A stretch of DNA of 64,000 bases, taken from contig NW_026262690.1 of the NCBI RefSeq assembly GCF_021869535.1, positions 40,300,001-40,364,000 of the forward strand, in the 5' to 3' direction. The notes beneath the pieces are model-generated. The model did no database searches, was not told the origin of the DNA, and worked only from the letters and a program-made list of their open reading frames with translations. The DNA comes from Mytilus californianus. Lineage: Eukaryota. Each line of letters begins with the position of its first letter. Position 1 is the stretch's first letter. Position numbers and translations under genes: made by a program. Shown piece after piece: positions 49,701 through 62,180 of the stretch.

Positions 49701-52700
49701 AAGTAAAATCTTCCTACTTTGCTGCGTATTTAAATATATTTTCGCCAAAATACTCAAAAAAACATAAGTATAACTTCACCAATTTACAGCCAAAATAAGC
49801 AAAAAAAGTCAAAATATGCCTTCGTCAGAAACGTTCAATTCCACAATATACCAAAAACCCTTCATATGTGCCTTCACGAAAAACGTTCAGTGCCAAAATG
49901 AACCAAAAACCCCTAAATGTATCTTCCTCCTGAACGCTCAGTCCAAAAATATATAAATAACCCTTAATATACCTTCACTAGAAATGCTAAGGGCAAAATT
50001 ACACAAAAAAAACTAAATATATCTTCACCAGAAAAGCTAAGTGCTAAAATACACTTAAGAACTAAATATACAATCACCAGAAACGCTTAGTGCTAAAATA
50101 CACAAAAAACCTAAAAACCTTCCTTCACCAGAAATGTTCAGTGCTAAAATACACCAAAAACCCCTAAATGTATCTTCCTTCTGAACGCTCAGTCCAAAAA
50201 TATATAAATAACCCTTAATATACCTTCACTAGAAATGCTAAGGGCAAAATTACACAAAAAAAAGTTAAATATATCTTCACCAGAAAAGCTAAGTGCTAAA
50301 ATACACTTAAGAACTAAATATACAATCACCAGAAACGCTTAGTGCTAAAATACACAAAAAACCTAAAAACTTCCTTCACCAGAAATTTTCAGTGATAAAA
50401 TACACCAAAAACCTAAATATATTAACTTTACTTCGTTATATTGATTGTATTTACCGAGTTTATTAGACAGGGTAGGGTGTACTGTAATTTAACAAGTCCA
50501 GTAAAGGCCAAATTCGAGATTAAAAATGGCCAAATTCGAGTTTAAAAATGGCCAAATTCGAGTTTAAAAATGGCTAAATTCGAGTTTAAAATTAAATTGA
50601 ACTTGCATGAACGCAGAAAGAATAGAAAATTTACAGAGAGAGGAAAGCCTTTTCAGCGTATTGCCTACATTCATATTTAGAAACATTTGAAATGAGGACA
50701 CATTGAGAACTTCGCTTGTTTACAGTATAGTAACATTTTTAGTGTGAAATAACTTTTCGTCATGGTTAAGAGAAAAAAATGAAACCCGTTGTTACTTTGC
50801 TTTATATGTCGGTTCTCATTTTGTACGTCCATGCTATAAACAAATAAGACATTTTCTTTTAGCATATGATTCAAAGATAGTACTTAATGTAAGTAACTAA
50901 GTAATATCGGTTAAAAGTTATGTGTTTCAAAATTTTCTGTTGAGTAGTTTTATATTAAAAAGTAAACCACAAGAAATTGAAAAACATAAAAACACAGGCT
51001 ATTGAAATAACGTACCATGGACACAGTTGAGTAACATCATATGCATTATAAAGAATGAATGTTGTAGCGATTTAAACTTAAATGTGGCTGTAAAATAAAT
51101 ATTTAATGCATTCAGCTTAAGTTATGGTTGTATCCCGGTATGTTAAACTAAAAGGTGTGTAAGAACAAAATTTATTACTAAATTGTTTCGACGAATGTTT
51201 GTAGGTAAAAATGTCTTATTCTTTTTCCAATTGTGTATGTCAAGATTAAAAAATAAATTGATGAAAACGCAATAACTTTAACATGGAAAGGTGTTTTCTG
51301 AAAGGTATATGCATGACTTGGTAAGAAGTAGTCAGTAGTTACTTGAAAACATAATAAAAAAAACTCGATAATTAAATTAGATTTTAGCCTAATTGATAGT
51401 ATATTTAGACTAAGAAAAGGCTTACTAACTGTTTTTTTTTTTTTCAAATTGAAATTTTATTCAAAATATTAATTTTAATAAAATAATAAAAAGAGATGTG
51501 GAATAATGCTAAGCGACAGAAACTAAACGAAACACAAACAGCAAACGACATCTAGCGGCAGACAAATTTCTTCAACAATAGATAGGCGTATGTGCGATAA
51601 GACTGTGGCTAAATTTAACAGACATGAACAATGGCAATTACTGATTCTGTCTATTTCTGTTTTGCCAATTTCATTATTTGTGTTCATGTCACATTTTCTG
51701 TTACTGTTAATTTTGACCATTTTGTCGATTTAGCACTGTATTTGCTGTAGCCAGTGGTCGTAAATTAAAGAAGGTGAGAGTAATGTTCAAATGAGTCAGC
51801 GATTCAGCAACAGAAAAGTAATTTAATGCTAACAATGACACAGATCTACAAAATCGACAGGTATAAATCGTCCCGAGTCCAAATAAATTTGACAAACTGT
51901 CAAAGATCTACCATCTACAACAATTTGTTAAGGACAAAAACTCGAAGATATAACTGAAGACAATCAATAATGAGTTCCTGATTGGAGCCAATCACATTAT
52001 CGTGCAACTAGTTGTCAGTACTTACAACTTGTTATATCAGTTAGGGGAAGAGCAAAATGATACAGATGATCCTATCAAAACTAAATTCGAAATATGCACT
52101 TAGCACTTTAATATCGGTATGAAAGACGACTAAAAAAAGTACGTGTTAACGACGAAGGGAATTTTGGCGCATTGATAGGACATTTTAGCGAAAAAAATCG
52201 GACGATTTAGTGCTACAGTAAAACACATTTCAGCGCCAGATTTTTAACCCCTTCTTGTGAACAGTGAGATCAATGCCCATTTAAGCTACAGAAATAAATT
52301 TAAAGAACATCATAGATATAGGAAGATGTGGTATGAGTGCCAATGAGACAACTCTCCATCCAAGTCAAAATTTATAAAAGTAAACCATTATAGGTCAAAG
52401 TACGGCCTTCAACACGGAGCATTGGCTCACACCGAACAGCAAGCTATAAAGGGCCCCAAAAATTACTAGCGTAAAACCATTCAAACGGGAAAACCAACGG
52501 TCTAATCTATATAAAAACGAGAAACGAGAAACACGTATGAACTACATAAACAGACGACAACTACTGTACATCAGATTCCTGACTTAGGACAGGTGCAAAC
52601 ATTTGCAGCGGGATTAAAATCATGTCCATTAAAATACAGCACTTAATGTCTAAAAAGTTAACTCAAATGTAACAATTCCGTTCTATCCTGGAATTTATAT

Positions 52701-54318
52701 CCCAGTGAACGTACGTAATGAGCTCTTTATCTTCTCTACATATTGCAATATATTTTGTTTGTAATTTGATGACAGTATCTAGAAAAACCATCACATATTA
52801 CACTTTTATCTCCCATTTGTTTCAACAAAATGCATTTCCATGTTTAACCAAATGAAAATGCAAACAACTTAAGCATTAAGCCAGCTTAAATTACTGTATG
52901 GCATTTTTTTGCTAAAATGGGAAATCGAAAATACAGGAGAACGGTTCAATTCGGCGCTAAAATGGGCTGTCTGTGCTCAAATGCCCCCAAGTATTTTAAT
53001 TTTCTTTTCGCTTAAATGTCCTGTACCCTGTGTTATACAGTAGCAATTTTCTAAGAGCACAAGTTCTTGTAGACAGGTTACTCGAGGTTTAGTTGCTGCA
53101 CAAGCCCTTGCATGATAGTTACGGATTTGTTCAAGTATGCATTCCACCCAACCATACAGACGTCCCTCAGCAAGACGACCTGTATGTACTTGTGTGTTCA
53201 GAAAGCCTAATATACTCCCACACTTGATGTTCATTAAGTGTACGGGTTCAGCATGATAACATTGTTGACGCTTACAGGCATCTTGGCGACCGTTGTGTAG
53301 ATCACTGATTTTTAAAAGACAAAAGATTGTCAAGTTTGCAAGTATTTTTGTCAACCCTCTCACAATGCAAGATAGGCAGATAACAATTCTTATTGAAACT
53401 GGCGGGATTTTGAAACATACAAATTTTAGGCTTAACAATGGTCTTGGGGGACACACAGAGACTTCGAAGTATGAATTTAAAAAAAAAACTACGAGTCTCA
53501 TCATAATGTTACTTTTCATGTTGGGGCATCGGTGGCCATTGGTATAAGAAATCCAACTACTGTATCACTAGTCTGTCAACACTGAGTTTGTGAGTTCGAA
53601 TCTCGCTCATGGCAGGTGCGTCATAGTCTAATCTTGGTTGACTAGGATTATCAGTTTTCCTACCGAAGGTCGGAGGTTGTCTCCGGGCATTCCGGCTCCC
53701 TCCACCAGTAAAAACTGACCGCCACAAAATAGCTAATAGTGCTGAAAGTGGCGTTAAACACAATCAAGCAATCAATCATCTTTTCGTGTTGTTGTTTGGT
53801 TTGTGAAGCATAAATACTACATAAATATCTCAACTGTAGTGAGATCAATAGTACTTGTTTGTTCTATCGCGATTTTGTTTTACATTCACCCTGATTTAAC
53901 GTCATTCTAAAACTGGTTGTTGTTCTGTCCCCAATAAATCTTCATGTGGTCTGTTCACAATTAACGTCTCAAAATGATCTTTAAGTCGAAGTATCGGATC
54001 AATTTTGATCTTGCATCATTTATTGTTGAGTGTCGATGCATATACGTTTTTATTTAATATTTCAATCATTTGGTGTACTCTGGAGATTGCATGGGTGTTA
54101 TTTTCATGTCAGTAACTTGATTTCTAGCAGTTTTTATATCAAGATCAACACTTGTCAAAATAGCTATACTTTTGAAATACTTAAACAAATATTATTCGAA
54201 AAACGAAAAAATATATATAACTTCAGCTCCTGGTTTAGTCATGTCAGTTTTTCTTATGGTTCTTTTCTTACCTTGGATTTTGCTTTCTTCCATAATTTTG
54301 ATTCATCCATGGAAACAT
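41640..54318 (-). CDS. Intermediate filament protein IF-A, predicted 549 aa. Exons 54318-54272, 49219-48728, 46320-46135, 45341-45062, 44308-44183, 43564-43344, 41937-41640
   Basis: Coil 1A EDKAELQRLNDRLSDYIAKVRQL. DILRQVRHAAEDELKKHQSDIESRYGKS aligns without gaps to lamin A [28 protein letters not shown], with the same phase-0 intron after it. Rod end EIEAMKMLLAEEERR. Exons sum to 1650 nt in frame. First exon (NYGRKQNP AG|gtaaga) is homologous to the IF-B first exon (NYGMYQP AG|gtaaga). Confidence 0.92.
42749..42943 (-). mobile_element. Naiad-type RT C-terminal fragment fused to an R1 repeat
   Basis: SAYGLYISQLIQYSRDCVSY...LLLTGTLLEQGFLVVKLKPSL matches the RT C-terminus of the other copies. 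Confidence 0.7.
47265..47645. mobile_element. Probable SINE-like fragment in IF-A intron 2
   Basis: GC-richer island with cttaatgtccagtggcaaatatctcatgcat and ggggtttaacatccccattccgaccggac; no A/B boxes recovered. Confidence 0.35.
49770..50420. repeat. About 50-bp minisatellite with a 251-bp (5-mer) higher-order duplication
   Basis: cccctaaatgtatcttcc at 49910 and 50161; the monomer variants repeat in the same order. Confidence 0.88.
50506..50593. repeat. 22-bp unit x4
   Basis: ggccaaattcgagtttaaaaat repeated. Confidence 0.9.
53523..53778 (+). mobile_element. tRNA-derived SINE, same family, in IF-A intron 1
   Basis: ggggcatcggtggcc...gagttcgaatc...ctccgggcattccggctccctccacc...gtggcgttaaacac plus caatc tail. 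Confidence 0.8.
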
Positions 54319-55916
54319 ATTCGAAAATCTTGATCTGCCTTAGATATATATCTATCGAATTCAGTCTAGAAGTTTACAAGAGCTTTACAATACTGAACCC
54401 TTTTTAGAATGACGACTGTAACCAGGAGGTAGATCGTTAACATGAGAAATATGCATAAATAGTTCTGCTGATCTGTATTCATTTATTTATGTCCTTAAAT
54501 ACAGAGAACTTAGTATATAAAATACTTACGAATGTGTTATAGTAGCCAAATATTCGGTTATTCACCTTTTGCTTAATTAAATTTGTACTCTCTGTTTCCC
54601 AAAAAGACCATAGACACTAGATACTTTTCGATAGAAAATAAATCAGTAATGATAAAATATTCTCTCACAGTATTAAAAAAAAATTCAGGTACATTGTTTA
54701 TACAATTATGAAAATTATCTTTATTTTCTACTCTAACAAGGCGCATGTGAAATGCAAATGTAACACACTTTATTGTTTGATTACAGTCAAATATACAGTA
54801 TAGGTTAGCTGTAATTATATTACATGTATAAAGTCGGTCCTTAGAAAACTTGAAAGATGCTTTTAAGAATTAACTCTTTTTACAGAGTTGTTGTAAAGTA
54901 TAGTGATACAATAAAGTATATAAAACACAGGTATAATAGGACTTCTATTAAAAAGACTTTTTGAAAATAGTTACTTCTATTTCTTTATTTAACAAAATAA
55001 AAGAAAACAATAGCAAGCTCCAAATTTTCGTTAAAAACTGATAAAGACTTGTGTGTATGTTTTTACTATTTTTTTTGTTTTCGAATGAATGTGATACAAA
55101 TCAGGAATATTACAGCGATTATCTGAAATGAACATATTTTTTACTTAAATCAGGGCGTCAGTTTTTTCGTTTGAATTGTTTTACATTTGTCATTTCGGGG
55201 ACTTTTATAGCTGACTATGTGGTATGGGTTTTACTCATTGTTGAAGGCAGTACGGTGACCTATAGTTTTTAATTTCTGTGTTATTTGGTCTCTTGTGGAG
55301 AGTTGTCTCATTGCCAATGATACCAGATCTTCTTGTTTTTATATATAATATTTTCTCTTTGCAAAGTTTGTGTTATATTTTTTTCTCTGTGTTAATCTTG
55401 AGCTGAAAATGAGCCAAAGACAAAATATGTACTAGTAAAATTCAGGTGTTGTGTTAACTAAGACGTTTTTTTTTATTTTAATTGTTATTTTAATGTGCTT
55501 ATTACATACACTACCAATTTAAATAAACATAGCTTAATAGCTTAATAAGTTAATATGCATTTTTTCATACCGGGCCTTATATTGATTACTATATTGTATG
55601 GGTTTTGACCATTGTTAAAGGCAGTACGGTGGCCTGTAATTGTTCACATCTTAGTCCTTTTGATCTATGAATGGTAGTACTAGTGTCTTATTGCCAACGA
55701 TGCAACATCTACTTTTTATATATTGAACATTTTCTTTTTTTAGATGTGATATGTTAATAACTAGATATAAAGTGATTTACGTTTAACTTGTAGGCATTAT
55801 ATGTTTGAAATGATCTTGCATGTACTGCGGAAAGGTAACACATTCACTTTTTATCTCTTTTGATGGTTCATTCAATGTTCAAGAGATTTTCTATGATACC
55901 AAATTCGGTGTGTTTA

Positions 55917-56183
55917 TTGATTGATTGATTGATTGGTGTTTAACGCCACTTTCAACACTATTGTGCTATTTCGTGGCGGTCAGTTTTTATTGGTGGAGGA
56001 AGCCGGAGTGCCCAGAGGGAACCACCGACCTTCGGTAGGAAAAATGACAATCCTAGTCAATTAAGATTGAGTCGAGTGCACCTGCCACGTGCGGGATTCA
56101 AACTCACAACCTCAGTGTTGACTGGCTAGTGATACAGCAGTTCGACTACTTAGACCACTACCCCACCGAGGCCCAGAGGCCCC
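55917..56183 (-). mobile_element. tRNA-derived SINE, same family, with a 12-bp TSD, 160 bp downstream of the FAHD1 stop
   Basis: tcggtgtgttta at 55905-55916 and 56184-56195; (attg)n tail. Confidence 0.88.
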
Positions 56184-56342
56184 TCGGTGTGTTTAAATCA
56201 TACAAATGGCAAAATTATTGGAACAGTCTCTTGAAGCATCATACAGGTCGAGCATACATACAGTTACCAACAGAATCTTCACAGATCTAAAGTTTGAAAG
56301 ACAGACAGATTTAGTACTCGAATTTTTATTTTTGTGACATTC

Positions 56343-59300
56343 TCATTTTGCAACAGAAAATTTCATGGACACTATATCAGCAAGTCCTGCTTCCATGATT
56401 TGTCCTTCTGTCACTGGCCCTTGACCGTCAGGTGTTCCTGTCAAAACAACATCTCCTTCCTCTAATGTTATATATTTACTGATGTAAGAAATGACTTCTG
56501 GGACAGAGAATATCATATCAGAGGTACTATCGTCCTGTTTTATAACGCCATCTACTTTTAACCATAACCTTAAATCTTGATAATTTGGAACTTTTTCTCT
56601 TTCAATAAAGTCGCTAACTGGACAGGAAGTGTCAAATCCTTTGCTAAGAAACCATGGCCGAGAATTAGCTTTTGCATCGTTGTGAAAGTCTTTAGCGGTC
56701 ATATCTAGAGCAAGAACAAAGCCACCAATATAATCATCGACATCTGAGACAGCAACGTTGGAACATTTCTGCTTTATGACAACTCCTAGTTCAACTTCAT
56801 GGAACAATAGATTACAACCTTCAGGAATCTGTAAGAAAAATAGAAACATATATTAATTCACAGTCAAGTGTATATATATTTATACATATACAGATTTTCA
56901 TCCGACCAGCATGTTACTTCCACCCACACATAAAAAGCCCAAAATATACCATTTAAGTAGTGTCCCCTGTATCAAATTAATATAATTCAAGTACTAACGC
57001 TTAAGTTGAATTTCTCGTGCTGATTGTTGAAAAAGCGATACGAAATGAAAAGTTTGATAGATAATGCTTTCAGTCTTAACTTACTAAGTGATTTTCTCGA
57101 ATTAACATATAAAAAATGCAAATGATTCGATACATCACGATTTAATATGTTCACGAATTGATTTCCCGCCTTTTCTACCCAACCATGTACCGTATGATGT
57201 ATCATGCTTAAGCCATCGTTGAAGCCATTATTCAAAGAGTTGTTGTGATTATTGTTATGTTTTAAAAGAATTACATACACAAATTGATTGTCCTTCGGTA
57301 ATATATGCAGTTGTTGGCTTTGCAAACAGGCTTGGCGTCTTCGGATTAGGTATTCCTTGAGCAGCCGTAAGACCTCTGTAAAATCAAACTTAATTAAGAT
57401 TGTTTATAAGTCTTAAAACAGTGTATGTATTTCATTAAGCTTTCAAATATTCTAACAGACTTAGTCCAGTATAGCGTTTACTGGTGAGGCTTGGTGGTTT
57501 TGATTGCCTCGATTTGGACATCAATCTCTAACATTCAAACACCTTCAAACAGATACACAAAGTAGTCTACTTAGATGCATCAATTGCGCAATCAAGATTA
57601 ACATGAGAAGAAAAATGATCGAGAAATGGAACTATCGTGAGTTATGGCATTAGGTGAAGTACAGTGACTCTACGAGGAAGATTATTTTAGTGTTTTTTTT
57701 TTGTATTTGTATTTAAGTATAGTAAATATGACATTGTTATAGTAGAGGCAATCAAAACCAAATAAGTCGAAGAAAGACCGACAGTACCATGGCCAAAACC
57801 AAATAAGTCGAAGGAAGACCGACAGTACCATGGCCTAAACAAATAAGTCGAAGAAAGACCGACAGTACCATGGCCAAAACAAATAAGTCGAAGAAAGACC
57901 GACAGTACCATGGCCAAAACAAATAAGTCGAAGAAAGACCGACAGTACCATGGCCAAAACAAATAAGTCGAAGAAAGACAGACAGTACCATGGCCAAAAC
58001 AAATAAGTCGAAGAAAGACCAACAGTACCATGGCCAAAACAAATAAGTGAGAAGAAAGACCGACAGTACCATGGCCAAAACAAATAAGTGAGAAGAAAGA
58101 CCGACAGTACCATGGCCAAAACAAATAGACAAAAAAAAAAAGCCAACAAATCACCACACAGAAAAATTGAGAAACATAAACTAATAAAATAAACCAGGGG
58201 TGATCTCAAGTGATCCTACAGGATTAACAGTTCCTGTATATCTAGAGTGACGTTACATCCGTCGTTTTACTTTATGTTATATTCTTTGGCGATAATGCTT
58301 CATACCATAGCAGATTGGTCGATGATTCTTAAGTAACCATAAGACATAACCATTTTTAAAGCATCAACATAAATCATTTATTATATATTATATATTTCAC
58401 AACCATTAACATTGTCGAATGTGAAAGTTTGAAATCGAGAAGTGTTTTGTGATAAAGATGGACAAGATCATGACCGATAGAAACAACACATACATTGAAC
58501 ATTAAATAATCACAAGAAACAGTACAGCACAGACTTTTAAAAACTTGTATGAACTCGTTTGATCCAACTCCCTCAGACAAAGTTTACCAGAGATGGATTT
58601 GGCTATTCTTTTTGGTCTCTTTTTGTCTTATAGCTCTTCACGTATTCAAGTAATTATACATCCATCGCCTACATATGTTTTGGTTTGACAGTTCGCGATG
58701 ATGGCAAATCAAGAAAAGTGAGTTGGACGCACCAAATAACAATCTAATGAAAATATAGATCTTTGATTTCGTTATACTCATTGACACAAGTTACGCTATA
58801 TCCATATTTTAATTAGATTGCACCAAATAAATAAGTTGTTATTTTTATTTGATACGGATTCCTGTTCGTGTATAGTGTTTGACTACTTATTGAATATAAC
58901 TACTAATAAATATTACTCTACCACATATGGATGTGGTGTACGGCGACTTATAGTTGCTTCCATGTTGGTCTCTTTCAGAACGCTCGATAGTACTACCGCT
59001 TTTTACGAGGGTTCACCTTACGAATCGTTTAGTTTGTATGGTTTTGTTTATTAACATCTCGTTTGTTTTCGAAATTGTTTCGTGTTGGTGCGTTTGTCCT
59101 ACTATCTGCAGGTGTTTTTATCGTCCCTTGATCTCTGTAGTAGTCTAAAAAGGTTATCTTCCATTTTATTTTGTTCAAATCTAGATTTCACAATAATATT
59201 CCAAGTGGTTTTTTTTTGGCAGACCGAATTCTTTAAAAATTCTTCAAAAAAGTACTTTCCTTTTTTTTTACAAAATAAAGTATCATTCCAAGTTAGTCTT

Positions 59301-59679
59301 AAAAGTTTATTTGAGTGGATAATGCAACACGCAAACATAAAGTTGTTGTAGACAATATTCAGATCAACGTAATTTTTTAAATAACAAAATATCGCCATAT
59401 TTTCATATCAAATATTTGATTAAATGTAAATTAAACGAAAAATAAATATAAAGTGTGAAAAGGGGTGCCATTGTGGCATCAGAGTTAAAATGAACCAAAA
59501 AATGAGAAATATGATATCAAGTACCTTAATGATTATTCCAGGTCCTTTGTCTCACCTGTTGAATGGTTACATCAAATAACTGATTTTTATAGAATAGAAG
59601 GTTATACTAACTTGTAGTTTCGGCAGACTGCAACTACTTTCTTCCCAATTTCTCTAAAATGTTTCAATCGTTCAGTCAT
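56343..59679 (-). CDS. FAHD1: FAHD1-like fumarylacetoacetate hydrolase domain protein (acylpyruvase/oxaloacetate decarboxylase family), 216 aa. Exons 59679-59612, 57375-57279, 56828-56343
   Basis: MTERLKHFREIGKKVVAVCRNYK|GLTAAQGIPNPKTPSLFAKPTTAYITEGQSIC|IPEGCNLLFHEVELGVV...LDMTAKD...PWFLSKGFDTSCPVS...GDVVLTGTP. Exons 68+97+486 = 651 nt in frame, GT-AG introns, metal-binding ExE...D and the Lys123 equivalent present. Confidence 0.95.
57760..58122. repeat. 40-bp minisatellite x9 in FAHD1 intron 1
   Basis: aaataagtcgaagaaagaccgacagtaccatggccaaaac repeated; accounts for the spurious overlapping ORFs at 57687-58209. Confidence 0.95.
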
Positions 59680-60071
59680 CGCGATGGCCAACTACCAATG
59701 TACCATACATGTATATGAACCTGTTGATTTGTGTTTCACCTTTCTTAAATTTATTATGAATTATACGTGTTATCAATCTCAACTTTGATTATGTTATCTC
59801 ATCTTAAATTATTTTGTTTGTTTAAAGGCACTCACCGTATGTCGGTTGATATCCTCAATCAAGATTTTATTAGCGGTTACAGTAAAAAAAATATTTTTAA
59901 TTATGCTCTGATTTTCTAAATACTTTGGGTTACCGAGTCTTCATGATATGTTCATGATGTTATACTGAATACCTGCTGAAATCATAAGTATATCTTTAAA
60001 TAAAGCTGAAAATTTAAATTATTGTTCCCCCCATGTCTATTGTTAGCTAATGTGGAGTGTTAGCTGTATAT

Positions 60072-60272
60072 GAGGGGCCTGATGGGTTATTTTCGTTCTT
60101 CGTGATCGGCGCATTTTCGCTATCGTGATCCGTTTTTCTACAGATTTAATTTTTTTCTATATTTTCGTGATCCGTGATCATGAAAATTTATTTTTTGTGA
60201 ATCGTGATTGACAAAAAAATCAACTCGTGAATCGTGATGAGACCCCCCCCCCCTCCCCCCATCAGGCCCCTC
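60072..60272. mobile_element. 201-bp MITE, 15-bp perfect TIRs, 6-bp TSD gtatat
   Basis: gaggggcctgatggg (60072-60086) / cccatcaggcccctc (60258-60272); gtatat at 60066-60071 and 60273-60278; internal cgtgat repeats. Confidence 0.85.
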
Positions 60273-61537
60273 GTATATTCCACCACTAGATGAATCGTCG
60301 TCCGTTTCTGATCCATTCTTCTGGAGAATCATTTAATTTATAAAAAAAAAACAAATTTAGCAGATGAATCAATTATGTTATCAGTTTCACTGAGTGAGTT
60401 TTGTAAAGTAGTATTCTCATTTCTTGTATTTTCCCAAAAGCATGGTCAGAGAGCTTTGTTACCCTTGTTTTTTTTAAGCGGTGACAGAGCAGACACATGA
60501 ACTCTTAATTTGAACAGCCTCTTCTATGTAAATGATTTTAGTACACATTATAAATCGGCAGATGGCCTTCAGACATCCGTAGTATGGATAGACTTTCAGA
60601 ATATTGTAAAATGTGGGGGTTGAGTTTAATAGGAAAAAGACAAAATGTGAAGCCTGCAATAAGTTGGAAAAGGTATATTAAAAGAAATCCAATATAATAA
60701 TAATGTCATAGAAAATGCCAAAAACAACCGCTACATCGGAGTTATATTTCACTGCTCTGACAGTTTTAAAGAAGTCATACAATCCAAATACCAAAAAGGC
60801 TTAAAAGCATATTTCAAACATTGCAAAGCATTTGAGAATCAAAAACCTAAGATGAAAAGTAAAATCACAAAAATACCGAACTCCGAGGGAAATCAATACG
60901 GAAAGTCCCTAATCTAATGGCAAAACCGAAAGCTCAAACACATCAGACGAATGGATAACAACTGTCATATTCCTGACTTGGTACAGGCATTTTCTTATGT
61001 AGAAAATGGTGGATTAAACCTGGTTTTTTAGCTAGCTTAACCTCTCACTTGTATGACAGTCGCATAAAATTCCATTATATTGACAACGATGTGTAAACAA
61101 AACAAACAGACATAATAGGCAAAAATGTCAAAAATAGGGGTATAGCAGTCAATATTGTGTTATAATCTTAATCACTATAAAAACAAACAAATATTTAACA
61201 AAGAAACACAAAAAGGCATACAGACAAAGCACATTCGTATAAACGAAAGACGAGAATACAAAAATCTACCATAGCACAATAACACAATGACATGTTTGCA
61301 TGTATTTGACTATTTAATTGTATAGCACTAAGCTAGAGTTGGGGGATTCTCCAAAAAGATACTTCACATACAGTAACACTTTCAGCTATCATTATTATTT
61401 TTCAAAATATATATAAAAATCTTAAACAAGAAAAGTTTCCGATTTATAAATGTATATTCATATTTATTATGTGTAAATTGGAAAACTACAAATATTGATG
61501 TTATGGAAGATGTCGGTCATTATCTATTTTTTTCTAA

Positions 61538-61585
61538 GCTTAAGCAAGGATTTGTATAGTATACTATACAAATCCTTGGCTTAAG
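61538..61585. mobile_element. 34-bp perfect palindrome (17+17) flanked by 7-bp direct repeat gcttaag
   Basis: CAAGGATTTGTATAGTA|TACTATACAAATCCTTG at 61545-61578; gcttaag at 61538-61544 and 61579-61585. Confidence 0.75.
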
Positions 61586-62180
61586 TTAAAATATCTTAAA
61601 ATACTAGACAAATTTAAAGAACAATAGTGATGTCTTATTATCTGCATGCCATCAATGTAGACATACATAAAAAAAAACAGTCTACATAGTGTGCTGTACA
61701 TAGTTTGTTGAAATACAATATAACAACAAAATTTTCTCTACAAAATTACACTTATACTCTAATATTATTAGAGGTGTTCCTGTCTATAGAAAGCTAATAA
61801 AAAGAAGAAATAGGAATCATCAGAACAGCATGAGCCGGACAAATCATCATGGCTAGGAAAAACTTCTATTCATTTTTTGACATCTTGATAAAAATACTTA
61901 AAGATTATTAAATTATAAATTTAAAGACATATTTTTTCATAGTTAAGATTGAAATATAACAAAATTTGGAAAATGAGATTTTTCTGATATGTTAAAATAT
62001 TAAAGAGTAATAAATTGCGTACTGTATATAGATTGTTTGAATCTCAATTTAAATTTGAACCATATTTAGATTTCATTGTGATTTCTTTCGACTAAGTACA
62101 CATAAATAAGAAATATAACTTAGAAGATAAATACCCTTTGATGTGAACGGCATAATATGAACACTTCATCATTTATACCA

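Noticed and set aside
54340-54355. TATA box for IF-A
   Set aside because: TATATA lies only about 30 nt from the ATG in very AT-rich DNA and is not distinguishable from background.
54490-54570. Strong gtaagt donor after GYYNTF as the IF-A first coding exon
   Set aside because: Wrong phase and no in-frame ATG; at most an upstream non-coding exon.
57687-58209. Three overlapping hydrophobic ORFs of 124-156 aa
   Set aside because: Stop-free translations of the 40-bp minisatellite inside FAHD1 intron 1.
60480-60840. Possible coding sequence (CEAC motif, ...KGLKAYFKHCKAF)
   Set aside because: Multiple stops and no splice-consistent exon; at best an unidentifiable transposase relic.
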